Of a DNA stretch of 13,927 bases, positions 6,692 to 13,927 are shown piece by piece. Made by a program: the position numbers and the translations under genes. Origin of the DNA: Bdellovibrionales bacterium (GTDB lineage: Bacteria > Bdellovibrionota > Bdellovibrionia > Bdellovibrionales > Bdellovibrionaceae). The DNA is taken from the NCBI GenBank assembly GCA_031370005.1, contig JANMPT010000046.1, positions 1 through 13,927 on the forward strand, read 5' to 3'. The notes below the pieces were generated by a model, which was given only the letters and a program-made list of their open reading frames with translations, searched no databases and had not been told where the DNA came from. Position 1 is the first letter of the stretch. Each line of letters starts with the position of its first letter.

Positions 6692-8254
6692 TTAATGAGC
6701 ATCAATGACTTTTGATGGGCCTGATTTTAGTTTAATTCTATAAAGTGGAATAAATCCAATGGCCACAATAAACATCAATGTGATTGCAAGCTGCAAGAAG
6801 CTTATCATAAAGACTTGATTCTGCACTCGTATCCAGAGGCTCTTAACAGCAGCACCGGCCCCTTGATTAAAGCCCACAACATCGGACATCTTCGTCGCCA
6901 TGCCATTCAGAGTTTGATAATAAGCGGATTGAGTCGCTGGATTTAAAAGTGACACCTTACTTGAGAGATTCGCATAGTTTTGATAACTATTTTTCGCAAG
7001 AATTGTTCCAACCATGGCAACACCAATACTGCCACCCAATTGTCTGAAAAGATTTAACAAGCCAGACACTTGACCTAAATCCGTACCTTTAAATTGACCT
7101 AAAATCGCAGAATTGATTGGTACAAAAAGAAATGCCATACCAAAACCACGCATATAGAGGACATTAATAATATCCCCGCGGGAAGACAGGGGCGATAGAC
7201 CAGACATCATCCACAAACAGGCTTCCAAAGAAATAAATCCAATGGCAATTAAAATTTTTGGACTGGTACCACTGACCATCTGTTTTCCAATAAAAGGCAT
7301 CATCATTGCCGTCAAAATTGAACCCGGAATAAATAAGGAGCCAATCTGAGTGGCGTCGTAATGAAAAACGCGACTCATAAATATTGGTAGGATAAAGACA
7401 ACGGAATAAAGAAAAAAACCCAAACACCCCATCAGCATCACGCCGTTTTGAACCAAGGGATTCACGAATAGGCGGATATTAATGATTGGATTTGAAACCT
7501 TTAACTCCCACCAGATAAATCCCGGGATGCAAATTGCTGAAATAAAACTATTGATAATAATAGCATTGGAAGCAAACCAATCATCTGCCTCACCACGCTC
7601 AAGGATAAACTGCAAACACCCAATCCCAAGGGCTAAAAGCGCAAACCCCACCCAGTCCAGTGATTGTTTTTCTCTTTTTGCCTCACCCTCTTGAAGGGTG
7701 CGATCAAAAATTACCCCCATACCAACAAGCAAAGCAATAATTCCCAGAGGTAAGTTAATATTAAATATTGATCTCCAGCCGAAGTTATCTGTGAGATAGC
7801 CCCCCATCACCGGTCCTAGAGTCGGCCCCACCATCACGCTCATGCCAAAGATTGCCCCGGCAATACCGGCCTTTTCTTTTGGAAACTGCTCATAAATCAA
7901 TGTCTGTGACGTAGGCAAGAGTGCCCCCCCAAAAAGTCCCTGCATAATTCTAAAAATAATCAAGACCTCAAGATTCGGAGCAAGACCACAGGCCACAGAG
8001 GTTATAGTAAAGGCTGAAATACAACCTAAAAAATACTTTCGGCGGCCAATGCGTTCACTAAACCATGCGGAGATTGGCAGTACGATGGCATTGGCAATTG
8101 CATAGCCCGTAATGACCATACTGATGTCTTCAAGTGTGGCACCAAGATTTCCCATCATCGAGGACAAAGCCACATTGACGATAGACGTATCTATAATTTC
8201 CAAAAGTGAGGCCAGGACCGCGACAAATATAATCAGCGGATTTGGACTTTTCAT
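6692..8254 (-). CDS. emrB: DHA2-family (EmrB/QacA) 14-TM MFS multidrug efflux permease
   Basis: LEIIDTSIVNVAL (motif D1), SERIGRRKYF (motif A), FRIMQG, GPTLGPVMGG (motif C), WRSIFNINLPLG, LDWVG, NLFRQLGGSIG; SD TTGAGG. Confidence 0.93.
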   Translation of the reverse strand: MKSPNPLIIFVAVLASLLEIIDTSIVNVALSSMMGNLGATLEDISMVITGYAIANAIVLPISAWFSERIGRRKYFLGCISAFTITSVACGLAPNLEVLIIFRIMQGLFGGALLPTSQTLIYEQFPKEKAGIAGAIFGMSVMVGPTLGPVMGGYLTDNFGWRSIFNINLPLGIIALLVGMGVIFDRTLQEGEAKREKQSLDWVGFALLALGIGCLQFILERGEADDWFASNAIIINSFISAICIPGFIWWELKVSNPIINIRLFVNPLVQNGVMLMGCLGFFLYSVVFILPIFMSRVFHYDATQIGSLFIPGSILTAMMMPFIGKQMVSGTSPKILIAIGFISLEACLWMMSGLSPLSSRGDIINVLYMRGFGMAFLFVPINSAILGQFKGTDLGQVSGLLNLFRQLGGSIGVAMVGTILAKNSYQNYANLSSKVSLLNPATQSAYYQTLNGMATKMSDVVGFNQGAGAAVKSLWIRVQNQVFMISFLQLAITLMFIVAIGFIPLYRIKLKSGPSKVIDAH

Positions 8255-8280
8255 AAAAACCTCAAAGCTTGATTTTACTC

Positions 8281-9129
8281 TTAGTTTTTCCGTACCTTCA
8301 CGAACGCAGACAAGCCAGCACGCAAGAGTTCCAAATCAGTTCCAATCAAATTTTCAAATTTAATTTTAACAGGGATACGTTGAACCACTTTCGTGAAATT
8401 CCCGCTGGCATTGTCGGGAGGCAAAAGAGAAAATGTCGACCCCGTAGCAGCACTCAATGCCACCACACTCCCTTTGTAGTCCTTACCCCGAATGGCATCA
8501 ATTTCGATATCCACAGGGCTGCCGATTTTAATACCTGAGATTTCAGTCTCTTTAAAGTTCGCCGTCACCCAACGCCCCTGATCACCAACAAAGCCAATCA
8601 AGGGAACTCCTGCTGAAGCGAACTGTCCCTTTTCTACGGATTTTTTAGCAATAGAACCATCCACAGGTGCCTTAATTTTAGTATTTTCAATATTGAGTTT
8701 TGCCTGATCCACTTGCGCGGAAATAGCCTCATATTTCGATTTTAATTCAGAGTAAGAAGCAGTCGCTGTATCATACTGTTGTGAACTAACTGCATTTTGC
8801 CTATAAAGTTGCAAGATTCTTTGATAGTTTTTCTCAGAGTCCTTCATCCGGGACTCCAAACCTAAAAGCTCACTCTGAACCTGTTTTAAGGTGTTTTCAT
8901 AGTCGCGGCTGTCAACTTCTGCCAAGATATCGCCTTCTTTGACCCTTTGACCCTCTACAACTTTAACATCGATAATATAGCCAGGAACCTTTGCCGCAAG
9001 CATCACCACGGGGGCTTCCACTTGAGCATTGTCTGTTGTTACATACATTATGTGTTCAACTGTAAAATACAGCCCAAGGATTAACCCGACGGAGCCTGCG
9101 CCAATCAAAATCTTTTTTCTATTGTCCAT
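8281..9129 (-). CDS. emrA: EmrA/HlyD-family periplasmic adaptor
   Basis: N-terminal anchor, TTDNAQV, lipoyl halves V.EGQRVKEGD and TKIKAPVDG, WVTANFKET, ATGSTFSLLPPDNASGNFTKVVQRIPVKI; SD TTGAGG. Confidence 0.95.
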   Translation of the reverse strand: MDNRKKILIGAGSVGLILGLYFTVEHIMYVTTDNAQVEAPVVMLAAKVPGYIIDVKVVEGQRVKEGDILAEVDSRDYENTLKQVQSELLGLESRMKDSEKNYQRILQLYRQNAVSSQQYDTATASYSELKSKYEAISAQVDQAKLNIENTKIKAPVDGSIAKKSVEKGQFASAGVPLIGFVGDQGRWVTANFKETEISGIKIGSPVDIEIDAIRGKDYKGSVVALSAATGSTFSLLPPDNASGNFTKVVQRIPVKIKFENLIGTDLELLRAGLSAFVKVRKN

Positions 9130-9150
9130 GCAATCCTCAACTTCAATTTT

Positions 9151-10458
9151 TTAATTTAAACTCAAAAGCTTCTCGCCCGTGGTGAGTTCTAGATTTACTA
9201 AAGACTCTAGAGACCCCATTTGCGCATTAACTAAGCCAGCACGCGCCCTGAAGAGCTCGCCTTCAGCATCCAGGATATCTGTGTCTGTTCTGGTTCCAAC
9301 TTTTTTACCCTGCCGCGCGAGTCGCACGGACTCCTCCGCCTTGACCACATCATTTTGGCGGGCTTTGAATACCGTGCCAAAATAAAGATACTTTCTTTTC
9401 CAAAACTCAAGATCTTGCTGGGCTTTCAAACGCGCCTGAATCAAGCTCTTGTCAGACTGAATTGATTGTTGGAAACTTTGATGATCGCGAGCAATTGAAG
9501 TCATCCCATCAAAAAGATTCCAGATCATGCTAAGACCTACTTGATAGGAATCGCGGTACTGATCCCAACTGTCAAACTGATTATCCCGGTTATTATAGTG
9601 TTGGTACTGCCCATACAAAGACAGGTGTGGCACCCAATAACTGCTCGCCGCCTTGGAAAGGCTTTTGGCCCCCTCACTCCGCAGCTCAAGGGCTTGCAGG
9701 TCAGGGCGCGCTGTTAATTTATCTCTTCGCAAGGCCTCAGTAATTTTACCGTTAAAGGCGGGCCATACCCCTACCAGGGTTCTTTGATCAGACTCGAGGC
9801 CCATAATCTCTGTAAGCTTGTTACGAGCTGCTGACAAATTGTCAGCAGAATTAAGAACTTCAGACTCGGCCTCACTGACCTGAACCTCTACGCGCAAAAT
9901 ATCGTAGTTAGTGGAAATTCCGGCTTTTTTAAATAAGTACACATCTTTAAGATGATCTTTAAGGGTTTTTAGATTTTGTTCCGCCACCTGAAGCAATTCC
10001 TTGGCTGTCAGGGCCCTATAGAACTGCACAATCACCTCGCGACTAATTTGAAACTCTGTCCAAGTATATTCTTTTTGTGAAGCTGATGAAAACGAACCTG
10101 CTGAGGAGTATCTATTCACCCCTGCCCCGCCATCGAAAAGCGGCATAGTTGCTGTTAAAATCAAATTCGAAGTCGGAACAACTTGCTCAATAGAAGCTGC
10201 TGGCTGAGAGGGATTTAGCTGCACATCCATCAACATGTATTTCTTATCAAAAAGATAGTTCACCTGGGCCGTCAGGTTTGGCAGATATGCACTGAGAGCC
10301 TCAGTTTTACGCCAAGAGTTTTCCTGCTGAAGCGCTTTTGCTTTTTGCAAACGTGGCGAGTGATCCTCAGACTCATGAATGGCTTGCTGGACTGTGAGAT
10401 CTTGCGCAAAAGTCTGAAGGCTTAAAAAACCAATGATTATCAAAATAAGAACACGCAT
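9151..10458 (-). CDS. TolC-family outer membrane efflux protein
   Basis: Signal peptide MRVLILIIIGFLSLQTFA; two OEP repeats (AYLPNL..MPLFDG..FKKAGISTNYDIL and YWVPHL..WNLFDG..KVGTRTDTDILDAE); first gene of the efflux operon; SD TTGAGG. Confidence 0.92.
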   Translation of the reverse strand: MRVLILIIIGFLSLQTFAQDLTVQQAIHESEDHSPRLQKAKALQQENSWRKTEALSAYLPNLTAQVNYLFDKKYMLMDVQLNPSQPAASIEQVVPTSNLILTATMPLFDGGAGVNRYSSAGSFSSASQKEYTWTEFQISREVIVQFYRALTAKELLQVAEQNLKTLKDHLKDVYLFKKAGISTNYDILRVEVQVSEAESEVLNSADNLSAARNKLTEIMGLESDQRTLVGVWPAFNGKITEALRRDKLTARPDLQALELRSEGAKSLSKAASSYWVPHLSLYGQYQHYNNRDNQFDSWDQYRDSYQVGLSMIWNLFDGMTSIARDHQSFQQSIQSDKSLIQARLKAQQDLEFWKRKYLYFGTVFKARQNDVVKAEESVRLARQGKKVGTRTDTDILDAEGELFRARAGLVNAQMGSLESLVNLELTTGEKLLSLN

Positions 10459-10495
10459 TAGAACCTCAAAAGTATGTTCTGGACAGTTCTACGTC

Positions 10496-10522
10496 CAAAT
10501 GGTTTGCATTGCAAACCATTTG
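10496..10522. promoter_or_regulatory. Perfect palindromic operator, probable MarR binding site
   Basis: CAAATGGTTTGCA-T-TGCAAACCATTTG (13-bp arms, 1-nt spacer) in the 81-bp gap between divergent tolC-family and marR genes. Confidence 0.85.
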
Positions 10523-10539
10523 TGATATAGATCTTTTTA

Positions 10540-11010
10540 ATGAGAACTAAAAAAACATGTCATTTGGTCCCTGGGGATATTAAACTTCATCCCGCGCTTG
10601 AAAAACATTTAGGCTATTGCCTTTATAAAGCTGCTCTTAAACTCAGGGCCATGATAGATAACCTGATGGACGAAGATGGACTTATTGCCCCTCAATTCGG
10701 CATCCTCACTATTCTAGGAAGCAAGGGTGGCTTGAACCAGGTCAGCCTTGGCCTGCAGACCGGTATTGATAAGGCCACCATTGTAAAGCTTATTGATGGT
10801 TTAGAACGCCTGAACTACGTCACCCGCGTGAGCTCCGAAGCTGACCGTCGTGAGAAATACTTACAGATCACACCTCATGGCCGCAAATTTCTGAATAAAA
10901 TCACACCGCGGATTAAGCACCTGGAAACTGAGTTTCTTAAGCCCCTAGCCACTGAAGAAAAAAGAGTCTTGCTAAATGCAATGCCTAAGCTTATGAAACC
11001 CAGGGCGTGA
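10540..11010 (+). CDS. MarR-family transcriptional regulator
   Basis: PQFGILTIL, LNQVSLG...IDKATIVKLIDGLERLNYVTR, wing motif DRR, LQITPHG. Confidence 0.95.
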   Translation: MRTKKTCHLVPGDIKLHPALEKHLGYCLYKAALKLRAMIDNLMDEDGLIAPQFGILTILGSKGGLNQVSLGLQTGIDKATIVKLIDGLERLNYVTRVSSEADRREKYLQITPHGRKFLNKITPRIKHLETEFLKPLATEEKRVLLNAMPKLMKPRA

Positions 11011-11879
11011 ACAAAAAAAAATACAATAAAATAAATATTGAAATCAGCAACATTTGCAACTTGCAGTGCAGCTTTTGCCCACCCGTGGAGCGGGAAAAAG
11101 GCATGATGAGCCTTGAAGTTTTTAGCTCAATCATTGAGCAAGCAGGCCCTCTCGCCGAACAGGTCACTCTGCATTTGATGGGGGACCCTTTAGTTCATCC
11201 CCAATTAAATAAATTCATTGCCATCTGCGACCGCCATAAAATGCCGATATTTTTGGTAACAAACGGAGTCCTTATGAATGCAGTTAAAGAAGAGCTGCTG
11301 TTGCTCCCTATTTTTCGCCAGGTAAACTTCTCTCTGCATAGCTTTCATGATAACTATGGAAACAAGGATCCAAGTGTTTATTTGGAAAAAATATTTAAAT
11401 ACACGGAACGCGCATTCACTGAGCGCCCAGAGCTTTACATTAACTACCGCCTATGGAATTTGGATGAACCCCTTGGCATCGGCTTGCAAAATCACTCTAT
11501 CCTCAATCAAGTCTGCGAGCGCTTCAGCTTCAAATTTAATCAAAATATTGATGTCCGCAAAAATAAAAGCGTGCGGATTAAAAACCGCCTATACCTTCAC
11601 TTTGACACTGAATTCACATGGCCAGACTTAAATTTGCCGGTACTTGGGGAACGAGGAACTTGTTACGGACTTTCAAGTCACTTTGGCATACTTGCAGACG
11701 GAACCCTGGTCCCCTGCTGCTTGGATAAAGAGGGGAAAATCCCCTTGGGCAATGTAAAAGAACAAAGCATTGAATCTATTCTCGACAGCGAAAGAGCTCA
11801 AAAAATTTTGAAGGGCTTCAAGGACAATAAGTTGACGGAAGCCCTCTGCCAACGCTGCCAATACATTACTCGCTTTTAG
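11007..11879 (+). CDS. Radical SAM protein with SPASM/Twitch C-terminal domain
   Basis: CxxxCxxC (CNLQCSFC), MGDPLVHP, VTNG, C-terminal CYGL..FGILADGTLVPCC..LGN..CQRC; GTG start overlaps the marR stop (GTGA). Confidence 0.92.
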   Translation: MNKKKYNKINIEISNICNLQCSFCPPVEREKGMMSLEVFSSIIEQAGPLAEQVTLHLMGDPLVHPQLNKFIAICDRHKMPIFLVTNGVLMNAVKEELLLLPIFRQVNFSLHSFHDNYGNKDPSVYLEKIFKYTERAFTERPELYINYRLWNLDEPLGIGLQNHSILNQVCERFSFKFNQNIDVRKNKSVRIKNRLYLHFDTEFTWPDLNLPVLGERGTCYGLSSHFGILADGTLVPCCLDKEGKIPLGNVKEQSIESILDSERAQKILKGFKDNKLTEALCQRCQYITRF

Positions 11880-11950
11880 TGGAGGGCATTTGAAAAATGG
11901 TTTAATGAGAGTTATGGCGAAACCAACAAGCTCCAGATAATGTCAAATCT

Positions 11951-12713
11951 TTACAAATAAAAATCAGTCAACGCCGTAATGATTTCGCTCGCACTTCCTA
12001 GTTTTTTATTTTTGCAGTAATCAACAAGGCCAACGTCCGTTAATGTACTTGAGATCTCATTGAGGTACGATTTCAAGTGCAGCAAGGGAAGACCGGATAT
12101 TTTCAAGCTGCCACCGACAGGAAGCGCCTGGGATAATAATAAAATATCATTTCGATGCTTTCTGATATCACTGTCGTCGACAGAAAACCCATGAGCTTTC
12201 CGCTCACGCAACTCATTAAAAGCGCGGGCTTTTAATGGGATTTGCGCCACCGCGCTGATGTACTTACAATGTTCACCATCAAGGGCATTGCTTTGAATGA
12301 GGTCATAATACTCATCCTCAAGCAATATTCCTGAAAACCGATCTCCGACATCAATTTTTTGAAGTGGGATAATGTGCTGCTCATCAAATAAAACAAGGCC
12401 CTCGGGCTTTTTTGAAAACAGCTCAATCTGCTTTGGAAAGTCAGACTTTTTTGGTTTATTAAATCTATAGTATTGAGAAGCGCCCTCTACCTTTTCTCGG
12501 TTTTCATAGTCGCCGTCTTTTATATAGTCAGCTAAGGCTCTCAAAAAGCCTAGGTTAGGTCGCAAAAAAAATAACAATATCCAGGTCCTTTGTGGCTCTA
12601 AATTCGCCACCAATTTCGGACATCAAAAGATCCCCGGCAACGCCGCCGACAAGAATATAATGGTTTCGATAGGCGGCCAATCGTTTGGAAAAATGTTCTA
12701 AGCCGTGTACCAT
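11951..12713 (-). pseudogene. Nucleotidyltransferase (AbiEii-like type IV toxin), frameshifted at a T8 tract
   Basis: ATG 12713 overlaps the upstream stop (TAATG) and reads MVHGLEHFSKRLAAYRNHYILVGGVAGDLLMSEIGGEFRATKDLDIVIFFAT* (stop 12557-12555), containing the GG...RATKDLD polymerase-beta-type motif. Removing one base from A8 (12564-12571) joins it to the tracked 11951-12613 frame, giving 253 aa. Confidence 0.8.
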
Positions 12714-13684
12714 TATTTATCTCCTAGGATGTCTTGAAGCAGCTCTTTAAGAGCAATCTGAGTTCGATCATCATCGTTATCTTTAAGACTTAAATAAAGT
12801 GAAACGGCGTCAACCGTGCTACCAGTAGTAAGGACTTCAGGATCCCAATCCCAAACCTCCAGACAAAATTTTGCAACTTCTTTCGGAGTTGTTTTTAGTT
12901 CATTTTCAAGATCTGTAAACATCTTTTTTCCAATGGCTTTTGTAACCAAGGTGCCGCCATCGAGCATCGTCATCACGCCAAGCGCAGTAAAGCCTGCGAG
13001 CTTTCCCTTTGGAACTTTCGTTTCTGTATAAATACGTTTTATGACAGGGCTGCCAAGATACAATTGCGCTTTTTTCCATAGTTCCTGGGCTGGAAGGAAC
13101 TGAACTCTTTTGCTGACCCCGTGTTGGTCAATCTTAATGAACCCCAGCGTTTTTAATTCATCAACAAAGCGACTGGAATGCATTTTAGAAATATTGAAAA
13201 CCTCAGCCAATTCACTGATGGTTTTTCCCTGTAATTTACGACTAACAAGTTGCTTAATAAGCGCAACTTTAGCCCACTGGCTAAGTTGCGCGGGGACTTC
13301 GATCTGCCCATCCTTAGAGCTTTGAAGAACAAGCAAAACATCAGGAAAATATATATTGCCTGCCATATCGATAAAATTGACCTTATTGGCAACAAGAGTC
13401 TTTTGCTGGTGCGTCTTCAGTTTCTGAAACAGGAAAGCAATCGGGCTCTTTATTGTTTTCTTAAGATTTTCGAGGTGGGTCAAAACCTTCCTGATTTCGA
13501 TTTCCTCACTGTGAAGTGTCGCGAATACAAAAGGGACACCAAGAACTTCGGCCGTCTTAAAATCGTAGCTGTTTGCGATCAGCCTCGGGAGCCCTTGTGG
13601 TGCGGCCATCTCACGGACGCGCCTAATCCCATTTGGAAGACCTGTTAAATCACTAAAGAAGGTTTTAAGCTCTACTTGTTCCAT
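12713..13684 (-). CDS. Winged-HTH protein, probable AbiEi-like antitoxin/transcriptional regulator
   Basis: Central wHTH KTISELAEVFNISKMHSSRFVDELKTLGFI; NFIDMAGNIYF and C-terminal VDAVSLYLSL..DDDRTQ resemble AbiEi_2-type antitoxins; coupled to the NTase gene. Start ATG 13684 is preferred over 13693, which overlaps the -10 box. Confidence 0.72.
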   Translation of the reverse strand: MEQVELKTFFSDLTGLPNGIRRVREMAAPQGLPRLIANSYDFKTAEVLGVPFVFATLHSEEIEIRKVLTHLENLKKTIKSPIAFLFQKLKTHQQKTLVANKVNFIDMAGNIYFPDVLLVLQSSKDGQIEVPAQLSQWAKVALIKQLVSRKLQGKTISELAEVFNISKMHSSRFVDELKTLGFIKIDQHGVSKRVQFLPAQELWKKAQLYLGSPVIKRIYTETKVPKGKLAGFTALGVMTMLDGGTLVTKAIGKKMFTDLENELKTTPKEVAKFCLEVWDWDPEVLTTGSTVDAVSLYLSLKDNDDDRTQIALKELLQDILGDK

Positions 13685-13691
13685 GTTCTTC

Positions 13692-13735
13692 ATTATAACA
13701 ATACTTATCGGTTATTAACATAAAAATGTTAATAA
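13692..13735 (-). promoter_or_regulatory. Extended -10 promoter plus inverted-repeat operator of the TA-like operon
   Basis: Minus strand TG-T-TATAAT (TATAAT at 13697-13692); perfect 10-bp IR TTATTAACAT-aaaa-ATGTTAATAA (13712-13735) covering the -35 region. Confidence 0.65.
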
Positions 13736-13835
13736 TAAATTAAACACGTTAAATAATTGAATTTATTAATTTATTTCATTATTTATCAGGCCTGACCGGC
13801 TTATTTTTCAGTGAATTCAGCACATTATAAAAATC

Positions 13836-13925
13836 TTACCTGTTCGCCCGCTGCGACCAACCCTGCTCTCGACGGAACTTTGGGTCGTTCATAAATTTAT
13901 TTAAAACATAGGCCAGTCCCTCAGC
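13836..13925 (-). CDS. Possible C-terminal end of a gene entering from the right edge
   Basis: Open frame AEGLAYVLNKFMNDPKFRREQGWSQRANR* ending at TAA 13838-13836; too short to assign. Confidence 0.3.
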   Translation of the reverse strand, partial: AEGLAYVLNKFMNDPKFRREQGWSQRANR

Positions 13926-13927
13926 TC

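Noticed and set aside
11895..11903. AAATGGTTT, a partial match to the MarR operator half-site
   Set aside because: Only a 9-nt AT-rich half-site downstream of two convergent genes; compatible with chance.
12572..12613. Tracked start (MVANLEPQRTWILL) of the 220-aa ORF
   Set aside because: This is the out-of-frame reading upstream of the frameshift; the motif-bearing N-terminus is in the frame starting at 12713.
7164..13648. Remaining short overlapping ORFs in emrB, emrA, tolC-family, radical SAM and TA-like genes
   Set aside because: Shadow ORFs with no independent support.
1..13927. CRISPR array, tRNA/rRNA, transposase or integrase
   Set aside because: No regularly spaced direct repeats, cloverleaf or T-loop signatures, or recombinase motifs were seen by eye.

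Overview
Bacterial chromosomal window (roughly 40-45% GC by eye; gene style suggests a Bdellovibrionota-like organism, inference only) with three blocks. (1) 1-6653: stress and ribosome/RNA-maintenance genes: a partial unknown CDS, CsbD-family protein, HflX GTPase with a large N-domain insertion, DTW-domain tRNA acp3U transferase, cold-shock protein, a stand-alone flavin-dependent tryptophan-halogenase-family gene, DbpA helicase and a small membrane protein. (2) 6692-11879: a TolC-EmrA-EmrB (DHA2) efflux operon divergent from marR, sharing a perfect 13-bp palindromic operator, with a radical SAM/SPASM gene overlapping the marR stop. (3) 11951-13735: an AbiE-like (type IV toxin-antitoxin/abortive infection) pair whose nucleotidyltransferase gene is split by one extra T in a T8 tract just after the catalytic motif. 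The most notable signals are missed by the ORF track: the frameshifted toxin; a dbpA reading frame that can only start at a CTG overlapping the stop codon of a 13-codon upstream ORF (CTGA); and promoter-to-ATG spacings implying leaderless mRNAs for hflX, the antitoxin and possibly marR. All family assignments come from motif recognition, not database searches.
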